Notes: generated by a model not told the origin, from the sequence alone. A DNA stretch of 64,000 bases from Bispira polyomma (GCA_965649765.1 OZ287757.1:35092001-35156000), one strand, 5' to 3'; positions 26,637 through 37,967 are shown, counted from the stretch's first letter. Numbers and translations: made by a program.

Positions 26637-29334
26637 TATGTTTTATCCAGGATAATTTTAGGCATTTTTCAAATGTGTAAATGTTAACCATTTTTAGACC
26701 ACCCATTATATAGCTTTTGCAGATATCTTTCCTATTCACTTTGTCTGGTTTACCATTCCAGAGATAGTCATAAAATATTTTATTAATTTCTTTGAGAATG
26801 CTGTTTTTCATTGTAATTGACATGAACAGATGGGTAAATTTAGACAAAATAAAGGTTTTTAAGACAGTTATTTTCCCAATAGGAGTTAAGTATCTATACT
26901 TCCAGGAATTCAGTACACATTTAGCTTTCAAAATTGCTTTATTATAGTTTTTAACTGGAATTTTTGTCAAATCAGTTGAAAATTCTAAACCCAAAAGTGT
27001 AAATTCTGTAGTACCCCAGTTTAACTTGGATTTTACATGTAACTTTTCTTTACAATCCTTTTTACTACCAATCCATATAAGTTTTGTTTTATCACAATTT
27101 ATTTTTAAACCAGACAGAGAACCAAAAATTTCTAATACATTTAAAGTAGCCTGCAGGGAGCTCACACTTCCATCTAACATAATAGTGGTGTCGTCCGCAA
27201 ACTGAGTCAACCTGAACATATTTTTACCAATCTGTATACCATTAATTTCTGTATTAATTTCAATTAACAAGTTTAACACTTCAGCAACTATTAAAAAGAG
27301 ATATGGAGCAATAGGGTCACCTTGCCTACATCCTCTCTGTATTGCAATTGGGTCTGACAAAAATCCTGCCTGTAATATGTAGGCACTTATATTGTTATTA
27401 AATAATTTTATCCAGTCAATAAAATTGTCCTCAAATCCAAAGTATTTCAAGGTTTTATAAAGAAATTTCCAAGATACTGAATCAAAAGCCTTCTCAAAAT
27501 CAATTAACATGAGAAGGCCAGGGATTTCATGAGCCTCTGTGTGATACATAAGGTCATATATCAGTCTTGTATTTTCTCCCATATGTCTGCCACTAAGAAA
27601 ACCTGACTGGTTTGGGGAAATAATGCGATCTAATAAAGGTTTTAAACGTGCAGCAATTGCAGAAGAGGCTAACTTATAAACAGCACACAAAAGCGAGATA
27701 GGGCGCCAATTCTTAATAAATTTTCTTTCTTTATTATCTTTTGGTATACATGTAATTATACTTTTTCTGAGAGAAATTGAGAGTTGATCTTTCCCGTGAC
27801 AGCAGTTTATAGCATTTCTAATGAAAAATTTCAGCTGACCCCAAAAAACTTTCAGAAATTCAGTAGAAATGCCATCAATTCCAGGAGACTTATTGTTTTT
27901 CATTTTCTTAAGTACATCACTTAATTCCTCCACTGTTATCTCATTTCCTAAACTTGGAGTCATAATTGTGTTTGGAGTGGATGTACCTAAAAATTCACTC
28001 AACTCAAAGTCTTGAACCAAGTTGTCTTGATTTTTGAAAAGGTGGCTATAAAATTTGCTCATTTCTTTCAGGATTTCACTTTGTTCTGTTATGTTTGCAC
28101 CATTATTTATTTGTAATTTTCTCACTGTTTTTTCGACAAAATTTTTATTTTCCAAATTACAGAAAAAAGAAGTTGGCCTTTCACCCTCACTTAGCCACTG
28201 AATGCGTGACCTTGTTATATGACCTTTGACCTTTTGTTTTCGTAAATTTTCCAATTCAAATTTTTTATCCTCTAGCAGTGTCATGAAATTCTGTCGATCT
28301 GATAGTTTTTCGAGATTCTCAATGTCACATATAAGTCTTTTCTCATCTTGATATTGTTGTTTTTTTAAATATGTGGCATATTTTATTGTTTCTCCTCTAA
28401 TACGGAGAAACAACATTTCTAAAAAGTCATCATTATCAATTGAAAACTCAATATTATTGTTAGCATTTCTTATGTATTCAATAGAATAGACCGGCACAGC
28501 ATATTTACATTTTTCTTCCTGAATTATTTCATTAACTAGCTCTAAATAATCTTTTCTTTTGAGCAGGCTGTTATTGAATTTCCAAATACCTTTACCGGTT
28601 TTAAAGTTGCTCAACTTAATATTCACTTCAACAATTGAATGGTCTGACCTGTAACTACATTTAATATCACATTTATTGATCAGATCCACCATTGAGCTTG
28701 TTATTAAAAAATAGTCTAATCGTGCTTGCTTCATAGGATTTTTCTTTCTCCAGGAAAAGCGGATAGTATCTGGATTCAAGTATCGGTATATATCAACAAG
28801 ATTTGTTTCATTCATCATTTCAATTACCTTGTTTCTGGTTTTTGGATTATTTACCCGGATATAGTTTTTACAATCTTTGCTTGGGTCCAGCACCAGGTTA
28901 AAGTCACCACAAATCACATTATAATCAGCCTTGTTGTTCTGAGTTAATTGTTGTATTGCACTAAAGAAACTTGGAGTATTGTGATTAGGCGCATAGATAT
29001 TGATGAGATTAATTTTGATTGAACCACATAATAGGAGTATATGTAACATGTTTCCATCCCTGTCTTTATTTACCTCGAGTACCTCATATTCAGAGTTATT
29101 ATTCAAAAGAATTAAAACTCCATGGGAGTTAGTACTGAAACCATGAATATAACATTTATGCCAAATTTGTTTAACAGATGTTAAGTCCTTTTCAATCAGG
29201 TGAGTATCTTGTAGGCAAACTATAGAAGCATTAGTTTCTTTTAAATATGTAAGTACATCTACCCTTTTTGTGCATGTTCCAAGTCCCTGACAGTTTGCGG
29301 ACAACACCTTTATATCATTTGTAATACCCATCAC
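26626..29334 (-). CDS. LINE ORF2: APE endonuclease plus reverse transcriptase
   Basis: EN motifs SANCQGL, CLQDTH, INIYAPN, GDFN, RLDYFL and SDH. RT motifs KSPGIDG, WRPISLL, IDFEKAFDSV, GCRQGDPIAPYLF and QFADD. Confidence 0.96.
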   Translation of the reverse strand: MMGITNDIKVLSANCQGLGTCTKRVDVLTYLKETNASIVCLQDTHLIEKDLTSVKQIWHKCYIHGFSTNSHGVLILLNNNSEYEVLEVNKDRDGNMLHILLLCGSIKINLINIYAPNHNTPSFFSAIQQLTQNNKADYNVICGDFNLVLDPSKDCKNYIRVNNPKTRNKVIEMMNETNLVDIYRYLNPDTIRFSWRKKNPMKQARLDYFLITSSMVDLINKCDIKCSYRSDHSIVEVNIKLSNFKTGKGIWKFNNSLLKRKDYLELVNEIIQEEKCKYAVPVYSIEYIRNANNNIEFSIDNDDFLEMLFLRIRGETIKYATYLKKQQYQDEKRLICDIENLEKLSDRQNFMTLLEDKKFELENLRKQKVKGHITRSRIQWLSEGERPTSFFCNLENKNFVEKTVRKLQINNGANITEQSEILKEMSKFYSHLFKNQDNLVQDFELSEFLGTSTPNTIMTPSLGNEITVEELSDVLKKMKNNKSPGIDGISTEFLKVFWGQLKFFIRNAINCCHGKDQLSISLRKSIITCIPKDNKERKFIKNWRPISLLCAVYKLASSAIAARLKPLLDRIISPNQSGFLSGRHMGENTRLIYDLMYHTEAHEIPGLLMLIDFEKAFDSVSWKFLYKTLKYFGFEDNFIDWIKLFNNNISAYILQAGFLSDPIAIQRGCRQGDPIAPYLFLIVAEVLNLLIEINTEINGIQIGKNMFRLTQFADDTTIMLDGSVSSLQATLNVLEIFGSLSGLKINCDKTKLIWIGSKKDCKEKLHVKSKLNWGTTEFTLLGLEFSTDLTKIPVKNYNKAILKAKCVLNSWKYRYLTPIGKITVLKTFILSKFTHLFMSITMKNSILKEINKIFYDYLWNGKPDKVNRKDICKSYIMGGLKMVNIYTFEKCLKLSWIKHNGF

Positions 29335-29816
29335 AAGTTGCCAGTGTGAGCTCCTGCTGGGTATTATATCTCAGTAACTGAAATAATATACTTCGGACAA
29401 CATGAAGTAATGTACCATAATTAAAATAATATTCTTCAATCTGAAGGTATAGTTCTTTTAAATTACTCACTACAGTATATATCCTTAGTGAAAACAGACA
29501 TTTTGTTAAAAGAGGTGCAGATATTTTCAGCATATAGGAACAAATTAACACCACACACATAAAAATGTAAATTTAACTAGAAGATATCAAGCATGAAAGA
29601 GAGAGAATACAAGTTAAAAAAACACAAAAAAACATCTGATTAACAAAAGCTTATTTCTCTACTACAACACAACTGCATATACATTAAAAAAAAATCAATA
29701 AAATAAGATACCAGTCAATTATCAAACTATAAAACAAATTCAATAGTCAACGAAATTTTTCTTTCTTTTATGCTAACAAAAACAAATATGTAAATTCCTA
29801 CTTTCAAACAATATTT

Positions 29817-30237
29817 GAAAAATAAAGTTGGTTAAGTCAATTCAATATTAAATTTTAACCAATTTATGTTCATATATATAATAATAATAATATAGTCATA
29901 TATCAGATTTTTTATGTTCATATATATAACTTTTAACTTGCCTTATCAGTCAAAATTGATATTGTGGCTGTGTCGCAGACATTCATTTATATTAAGCCCA
30001 CCATTGACACTCATTTTTTGACACCATACTCAAAAACTTTTAATAGATTGACATCAATTTTGGCCAGATGTCCAGTACTTTCAAACATTATTAAAAAAAA
30101 AATAAAGTGGCTTTAGTCAATTCAATATTAAATTTTAGCCAATTTATGTCCATATATATCAATTTTAACTTGCCTTATCAGTCATGATTAATATCGTGAC
30201 TGTGTCATAAACAATCATTTATATTAAGACCACCACC
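29817..30237. repeat. Internal direct duplication in the LINE inter-ORF spacer
   Basis: aaaaataaagt.g.tt.agtcaattcaatattaaatttta.ccaatttatgt.catatata...ttttaacttgccttatcagtca...tcatttatattaag occurs at about 29817-30005 and 30097-30237. Confidence 0.85.
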
Positions 30238-30397
30238 GTAGAGTTTTTAGGTATCACTGTAGGGTCACTCATAAAACTAGTGACAATTACAGTCTATAGT
30301 GAATTATTAATAATATTATAATTACTTAGAATGTTCAAATCAAAGTCTGGTAACAGTTGATTACTGATTTCTTTAACTATATCTTGTAAATATAAGA

Positions 30398-31720
30398 TTA
30401 AAACTGCTCCCATAGTTCAGACAGAAGTTTACCTAGTTTGTTCTGGCCCCTCCATTTTGTGACATCCGATACATCTTTACTGGTGATCGAAAGTCCAGCA
30501 CCCCAGTAAACATCATTAGGATTGGCTTCAACCAGAATATTGTCCCCTGTAGCCTTCAGATAAGCCTTTAAGTCTGGATTCTGTTCAAATTTGGCTCTCA
30601 CACCACTCTGTATATAAGTGTCACGTACCTCTTTCCAGTTAGCAGCATTGAAGTTAGAGATTTTTCTTCCAAGAGACTTCAATTCTGATGGATCGTCAGT
30701 GGCCATAATAATATCGGACATTTTGTCGTCTTTGAAGTGGTTAGCCTTATGAAACATAAGATGCTGTTCAACTGAAGAAAAGCTAATACCATCCTCCACA
30801 AATGAGCAGTTGTAGTGATTAGAAAGAACAGAGTATCTTGTGAAAAAAGCTGTAATGCCGCCAAAACTTTTTGTAGATAGATTGCCCAGCTTCAGTTCTT
30901 CAGGAAGAGCATCAAGGTCATTTATGGTATGAAGTTTACCATTAAGTAGCAGCTTACCAGATACAAGACGTGCTCTGTATTTTCCATCTGATGAATAGGC
31001 AGCTTTAAGTATCGGGGCAAAAGCCCTGCGTCTTGCTTGTATTTCAACCGGGAAATCCTCCACCACTATAATACCATCTTGTTGGAACTTTCGTTTATCT
31101 TTGAGAATTGTCAGTTTGTCTTTAAAGTTGTTAAATTTAACAATTATCGGACGGTCTTGTTTTGCACTATGCCCTATCCTATGAGCTCTTTCGATATCAC
31201 GGGGTCCAAGTTGTAGTCCATAATTAGCACAGATAACCCAAATTACAGACTCACAATCCTCCTTTGCTGTTGTTCCAGACCTGCTTTTGACGTTTAGAAA
31301 CTTCAAATTGCTTTTTCTTGAGAAGCTTTCAACATTTAGTAATTTTTCTTCCAAATTTTTGCATTTAGTTTCAGATTTAAATAATTTTTGCTCAACTTCT
31401 CTATATTTCACTTCAAGATTATCAACTTTGGCACTAACAGTGGCTATTTGCTCTAATTTTTGTGAGGCAGACTGCATTGAAAGTTTCAGTTCATCCAACT
31501 CTTTGTGAACTGTTTCTAATTTCTCATCTAGTAGCTCGTCTAGTAGCACACGCATGTTTGTTAAGGTGATTTTAGTGTCCGGGGTGGTTGGAGAAACAAG
31601 CTCATAGTCACGTTTTGCAGCTTTTGATGAGCTACCCCTAGCCTTAGATGAGCTACCACTAGTCTCACCTTTACCTCCTTTCGAGTTACTGGCTGATCCC
31701 TTTCCTTCCAGTGACATCAT
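30398..31720 (-). CDS. LINE ORF1p (coiled coil, RRM, CTD) fused to a C-terminal NADAR/YbiA-like domain
   Basis: Open frame 31744-30398 with the first ATG at 31720. Heptad coiled coil at aa ~65-140. L1-type RRM/CTD motifs RKSNLKF, DIERAHRIG, RPIIVKF and EDFP.EI..RR. Residues ~297-448 carry NADAR motifs LSNHY, SVEQ.LM..KA..F.D, K.LGRKI..F....W, KFEQNPDL..YL..TG...LVEANP.D.YWG.G and W.GQNKLG.LL. Confidence 0.93.
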   Translation of the reverse strand: MMSLEGKGSASNSKGGKGETSGSSSKARGSSSKAAKRDYELVSPTTPDTKITLTNMRVLLDELLDEKLETVHKELDELKLSMQSASQKLEQIATVSAKVDNLEVKYREVEQKLFKSETKCKNLEEKLLNVESFSRKSNLKFLNVKSRSGTTAKEDCESVIWVICANYGLQLGPRDIERAHRIGHSAKQDRPIIVKFNNFKDKLTILKDKRKFQQDGIIVVEDFPVEIQARRRAFAPILKAAYSSDGKYRARLVSGKLLLNGKLHTINDLDALPEELKLGNLSTKSFGGITAFFTRYSVLSNHYNCSFVEDGISFSSVEQHLMFHKANHFKDDKMSDIIMATDDPSELKSLGRKISNFNAANWKEVRDTYIQSGVRAKFEQNPDLKAYLKATGDNILVEANPNDVYWGAGLSITSKDVSDVTKWRGQNKLGKLLSELWEQF

Positions 31721-32689
31721 GTTCGTATATGACACCTTTTTCAATAAAATTACTTATTCCTTGTGCATTAACCACAGCAAATAGAACAGCAAATACACAA
31801 CAAAACACAAGTCAGTAACTGTCATCAAAAAAATAAAAAAACCTCCACTGAGTGACCCCTGTTAGTTTTCACCAAAACCTCAATGTACACAAACACACCA
31901 AGTGTTTAATACAAATCCAATATTTAACCAAGTTCAACTTTTTCTCTCTGTATTTAAACACTACAAAATGCCCTGTTAAAAAAAGGCTGCAGGCAAGATT
32001 CTTTCCTCTGTCCAAATATGGAATACATGTGCATATACCTTATTTCAATACTTTTGTATTAAATTTCCAATTCCCATGACATAAACTTTTGTTGTGATTA
32101 CAACATTTTGTAACAGACATAAATTATTTTATATGCATCTTGATCTATATTGTCTCTTACATCTTATATTCAAAAAGTGTAGTTGTGTGTTACATATTTC
32201 TAGTGTAAAATTAACTTGTATCCCTCTGAAAAAGAAATTCACTCCATGCCTGTTCCTCCCCAAATTTGGTATCCATCTGTAAGTCTTATGTGAACAGCCA
32301 ATTTAATAGGCAGAAAAACAAGTTACAGTTTATTCTTGTACCGACCAACCACACCGACGATATGTGAAGGGGGCTTAACTGTTACATTTCCAGGAATGAA
32401 TGCGGTCCTAGAATTGTAAGCAGGCATCTGGCCCAAAGTACAGTGACTTTTTCACACTAGGACTGTTTTAACATTATCCCCGCTCTAGTATATTTTCATG
32501 CTAAATCTGACACAATATTTATAATCCCTTTGTGAATATTGTATTTATTATATTCAGATTTATACTCAGCACATATATCTACCTTCATCTGGTTTTCAGA
32601 GCGCAAATTAACACTTTCCTGACTGTAACAGTCAACTGCCTCAGTTACTGTCATTCCCCTAACTGAAGAGAGAGGCTTGAGGATGACCA

Positions 32690-32848
32690 TTTATCAAAGT
32701 TTATCAAGGATATTAAGCTTGCCACTGGGGATAGGACCCGGTGACAGAGGATGTTATCCCACCAATAAAACTAGCGGCCGGTACCAGAAATAGAGCCCAG
32801 GACCTCCTGATCATCAGATCAACACCCTAACCGTTAGCCCACGGGGGA
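32690..32848 (-). mobile_element. tRNA-derived SINE family B
   Basis: Minus-strand head cccccgtgggctaacggttaggg...aggtcctgggctctatttc has A- and B-box-like motifs. Related copies are at about 41430-42375 (split), 44795-44880, 47705-47805 and 57328-57410. Confidence 0.6.
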
Positions 32849-34568
32849 TGAGTGTACATAAGTCATTACATAGATCATATAAATAGTGGTAGCCCGCCTC
32901 CCACTTATGAAAGTTGAAAAAAAAAGATGGCCGTGCATTTGTGGCGAACAGCCAGTTGCATACAGATCCACCAAAGTAACCAGGATAATATTTTAAACTC
33001 CTAGAGATTTCCCTCTAAAACCCTGGGTAAGCATAGATCTCCACGGCCATTGATGAAATTTAGAAAAATCCTTAATTTCCGCAATGAACGTGACACAGCA
33101 GGAGGCATCGCTATACTTTTCTTCATATGTTATATGATCAAAACTAACCACAACTAAATACAGGAATTAGGATTATGAATTGATGACGACCGGCAAGATA
33201 CTTGCTCGGTAAGCGGAGATATTCGCAAGGCCAAGGTGACAGTGGGAATCAGCCTTCACTCTACACTGTATGTACAGTTGATGTCTCAATCTTTTGCTTT
33301 TTTCTATGAAAACATTGTAGTCTAACTACAGGATAACTATATAAAATGGAAACTGTCACTACAAATTTAATATATATATTTATTTTTAGATAATCAACTT
33401 GGACATTAATACTTAATTTACAGTAAAAATTCTAATAATTTATCTTAATCTTGTCAATAATGAAACTTAATTCCAGGGAATGTCTTAATCTTAAGCCAAA
33501 CTGTCCACTTATAGAAAAGTGTTCTTTGATTATGTTGTTAATAACATGGAAGTAAATTTTAATCTCTTGTGTTCAGAGAAAAAATTTATATTAATTTAAT
33601 GTCACTCAAAGACAAACATATTAAAACATTTGCAAAATTTTTGTTTAAAGTATGGAAATATAGGAAATCTTTTTTTTTAAATTGAAGATACAGATTATAT
33701 TCACTAAATTGCGAATTTTACCATTTTCATTTCTGTAAAATAATAGTTTTATGCCTAGTTTTTTACATACATTGGATTAGAATATTATATTTAGCTGACT
33801 TGTAAGCTTTAAAGCTGAGTGTTACAGTTAATAAAAAATGTGAAACTTTTGTATATCTGTATATATATATAACACAATGCCAGTATAATAAGAAATTTAT
33901 CTCCCTATCTATCTTTTCACAATATATGGTAAAAAATGTCACAGACCAACGTAAATATAATTATATCACTATCCAGTACATATCTAGGTCCTCTGAATGT
34001 ATTAGCACACTCTGAATGTATTTGCAGACTTGCTTTAATCTACATATATATATTTAATGTCTCTGAAACATGTAAATATACCTAACCCTAACCATATATG
34101 TTTGCCCATTAGCATTACACAATAAGATATGTAGTGTTACACAGGTATTTTATTGTATCAAACTTTTTACATGGTATTTAATAGACGTATTCAATCTAAC
34201 CTTCTTCTCTTAACTGGCCAAGTACGGCCAACCAGCACCAGTAACTGTCATTCCCTTAAACCAAGGAGTGAGGCTTGAGGGTAATAGTAATAGTAACTCT
34301 CTGTCAACAGCAAATTTCAATAACAAAAAAATCAAAACATGTATTGCATCGTCAACTGCATTTTGAGTTACAACTCTGACATAATCATTTATTCTTAGGA
34401 ATATTGATGTAACGACCATTCTAAATTTTATTAAATTGTACAAAGGGTGAACTTCTGATTCTATCTATTACTGATATAATTTTGACTTAGACTTTCGAAA
34501 CATCAGGCTGCTAGGTCAAAGACCTTTTAACGAATGAGTGTTAGCTGGGGGCTGCCATGTTGCACGAC

Positions 34569-34743
34569 AGGTCTAAGATGAACCATTTAGGAAGTGTAGA
34601 TTTATTTGATTTTTTGTAATATTCTTAAAAACATGCATCATGTTTTATGGGTTTAGAGGTCTAAGATGAACCATTTAGGGAGTGTAGATTTATTTGATTT
34701 CTTGTAATATTCTTAAAAACATACATCATGTTTCATGGGTTTA
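34569..34743. repeat. 88-bp tandem duplication
   Basis: aggtctaagatgaaccatttagg.agtgtagatttatttg...catcatgttt.atgggttta starts at 34569 and again at 34657. Confidence 0.9.
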
Positions 34744-36295
34744 TTTGATTATATTATATTTATCACATATTTATGGTTAATATATTTCTTTTATTTTGGT
34801 GGACTGAAACAAGTTTATTTCATAACAAAAACGAAAGAATTAATTGATGTTGAAATACAATGTTTTATGTTGAAAAAGCAAGCACTTTTTTTAACTTCTG
34901 GGATTCTCCTGCATCATAGCTGACCTAATTAAAAAGTAGGTCAAATCGCTATGCGAAATGGTCACTACTAAAACCCGGAATATTAATCATATAGCCCGTA
35001 ATAGACCCGCAAAAGTGTATAATAGACTTGCATAAAGCGTCCTTCATCTCCCTTCGACCTCTTTTTTTTAAAGACTATTCTTGGATCTTCTAAGTTAAAC
35101 ACATGATCAAGCTTTATATACAGCGACTAATGAAAGTACAGGTACAGGAATATGTAATATTTTGCAAATAATGAATATATTATGCAAATCAGAGTTGGTC
35201 TCGTTATTACTGCAGTGAGTCTTTGCGGGAGTTATGTTATCATGAGTAGAATTGTATCTCTTGTAGAGAACTGTAGTCTAGAGTAACAGGTGTGTTTTTC
35301 TTATCAATCAATTAATTGTCCATAATATGTGCATATAGGAGCATTTCAATGTTAAAATCAATACCTTAAGGATGAATGCTCAATGCAGTTTCAAATACAC
35401 ACAGAGAGAGAAAATATACATTGCTGTAAATATAGAAATGGGGTTTGTCATATTTATGGTGGGAATATAGAAGTAGATTTAAAAACAGTTGAAGGGCACA
35501 TTTTCCTATATTTTAATATAAAGAATACTATTTATGAAAACATATACTTCTACCATCTATGGACACATTATGGAAATTATAAGGACTGATTGTGTTCATT
35601 TTTTGGTCAGCTGCATGTTTATATTTATTCACTGTACAAATGCTACTCATAAAACATATGTCAAACGGCTACCCTAAGTTGGCTTGGATGACCACTTAAA
35701 ATGGCAGTCATCTGTACTCAAACCTTTCTCTTTCAGTTAGGGAGGAATGACAGTAACTAATGTAGTTGATTGTTTCAATCAGGAAAAGGGTTTAATACCA
35801 AAGGAAGGTACATGTATGCGTTGAGTATTGAGACCATGTTATACGAATTTTACCAATGTTATATGAATACAATACCCCGCCGATTATGGACACAGGGGAT
35901 GCATTATATGGGAATACTGAGACTTGTGATCCCTTAAGTGTCCTTTTTTGGCAAGCCGAATATTTACAATTTTAGTAGCTATAAATGTTTACACAATACA
36001 TGTATTATGTTATTCACAATCAACCACTTTTGTCTCAATTACACAAAGTTATTGTTGCAAAATATTGCATTTAGTCATATTCATATTTTCCCCCTATTTG
36101 TACGTGAATATGCTATGGTAAATTAACATTTCATTTGGGTGTCCATATTTTTACATCATTTTTTTTTTTTTTTACACAACGAACTACACATTAAAATGTT
36201 GTACACTTTCATAACTGCTTTACATATGTTGAAATAAACCTTCTTAAGCAGTATCAAAATAAAAACATACATTAATCTGAGAATTTACCACATAC

Positions 36296-36373
36296 CTGTT
36301 TATCTGTGTCTATAAGAAGTAAATCCGTTTACCCAAATGAGCCAATCAATACCAATAATACAACCTTTATGTA
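36296..36373 (-). promoter_or_regulatory. Candidate promoter and non-coding exon 1 of calmodulin-like paralog 1
   Basis: Minus strand has tacataaa about 30 nt before tcattt, then gataaacag|gtatgt with the donor at 36295. The paralog 1 ATG exon is preceded by an acceptor, so an upstream exon is expected. Confidence 0.35.
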
Positions 36374-37967
36374 AGATGCCAACACAGAGCATTGATTTTA
36401 TTAGTCGCTTATTCTCTATGCCTGTCTGCTGCAAAACCCTAGATGTCTCTGAAGTCTGAATGTCTTGTTAAGCTTGTTTCAACGAGAAATATACAGGAAA
36501 AAAAGAGAATTGATTATTTCAAGTGTTGATACAGACAAAGCTGTATCAACTTTATAAACTTTTTAGAATGGGTGACTTCATTTAAGTGTTAGACCAACAA
36601 AAAAAATTTCCTTGCTTTTGAATTTATATATTATTGTCTTTAACCAAAACAAAACCATCTCTTTTAATGAACACTTAACTTAATAAAATTGTCCTGTACA
36701 TTATGTACAACAAAGAAAACAATTAGAAAATTTTAATAAATTGTACAAGACTTGACTGCATAGTTAAAAAATGATATTAAAAGTATTTCGTCACTCTGTG
36801 TAAATTTTCTATGTGTATGTGTACATCGTGAACTAATGAAGTTATTATATAGATAAACAGTAAGTGGCACTACATTATGTAAACTTAATGGTGCATGAGG
36901 GTTTTTAGGTGTATGTGGGCCTTTAGGCCTGAGTACCCATTAGGCTTACATAATAATGTGTGTTTAATTGGTGTTTATCTATTATAAAACCCAACCCAAC
37001 TAAAACAACATTTTTGAATGAAAATTGAAATTAAATTTAAAATGCTTCTTTAAATATTTGCCATATTAAATGGTAGAAAAACACTAACACTACATTATTT
37101 TTTAATGCTATATTATTAGAAAATAATGTTGTGACAGTTAAATGGCAATGCATACCGCTTTGGTTTTATATATATTTTTTTGTAGTACAAAAGTGTAATA
37201 TTCACATATTAGTAAGAAAAAAAATAAGAGTTTATAGGTCATGTGTATAATGTGTATCTATATATGAAAGTAATAAAAAGAAATTGTCTTTAAACATTGC
37301 CCAATAAATGTGTGATGTAATATTGATGATATTAAGACTAAAGAAGTTCATCCTTTACATCTTAAATTTGTTCAGTTTGCTAAATTTCTATTGATTTTTT
37401 TACTTTCTTTTGAAATCAGCAAACTTGGCTTATTGCTCTTGTGACTGTGGAAAAAAAACTGGAGTTAACATTTATTGGATTTGTATTAAAGCTCTAGAGG
37501 ACTTGAAATGTTATCTCATATTGGCTTGAGTAGTACAGTTAAATGTCTCTTCTATGTGTTGACAAATGCCAAAGCTGTAGAATGTATGTTGTGTGTATAA
37601 TCGTTAGACATGCTAAATTGTAAATATCACTGATTCTTTGTAAAATGAGGGATGCTTATGTGTTAATAAAAGAGAGTTTCAAAACATTTTGATGACGGTT
37701 AAACCCTCAGTGGTGTTGAAGTAACACTCCTGCCTCCCACCAGTGCAGTCGTAAATTTGAATTCTGTCCAAGAGGCCGTATTTACAAAAGGTCTCAGTCT
37801 TAACTTAGGCTTAAGATTTTGATATTTTTGGTTTGGAACTGAAAAGATTGAGACTTTGGACATAAAGTAAAGATCTTTGGTTAGTTTTAACTTAACACCA
37901 AAACTAACAGTACATAGTCTAAAATAGTATAGAAATAAATGGTAAGCTTAAAAAGACACAGTAAGCA

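Larger units (their letters stand above)
25219..32271 (-). mobile_element. Full-length Tx1/L1-clade LINE (about 7.05 kb)
   Basis: Poly(A) appears as the T-run 25217-25233, with AATAAA just upstream on the minus strand. TSD tccatctgtaagtc(tt) at 25203-25218 and 32272-32287. ORF1 and EN-RT-CCHC ORF2 are in the canonical order. Confidence 0.96.

Noticed and set aside
26620-26645. Programmed ribosomal frameshift in ORF2
   Set aside because: No slippery heptamer is present and L1/Tx1 ORF2 is normally continuous. A small indel or assembly error is more likely.
30398-30856. NADAR domain as bacterial contamination or a stand-alone ybiA gene
   Set aside because: It is in frame with L1-type ORF1 motifs and lies inside a TSD- and poly(A)-bounded LINE among intron-containing genes.
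32920-33030. THAP-domain / P-element-like gene start
   Set aside because: No reading frame gives the C-x4-C...FP...W pattern, and stops occur early.
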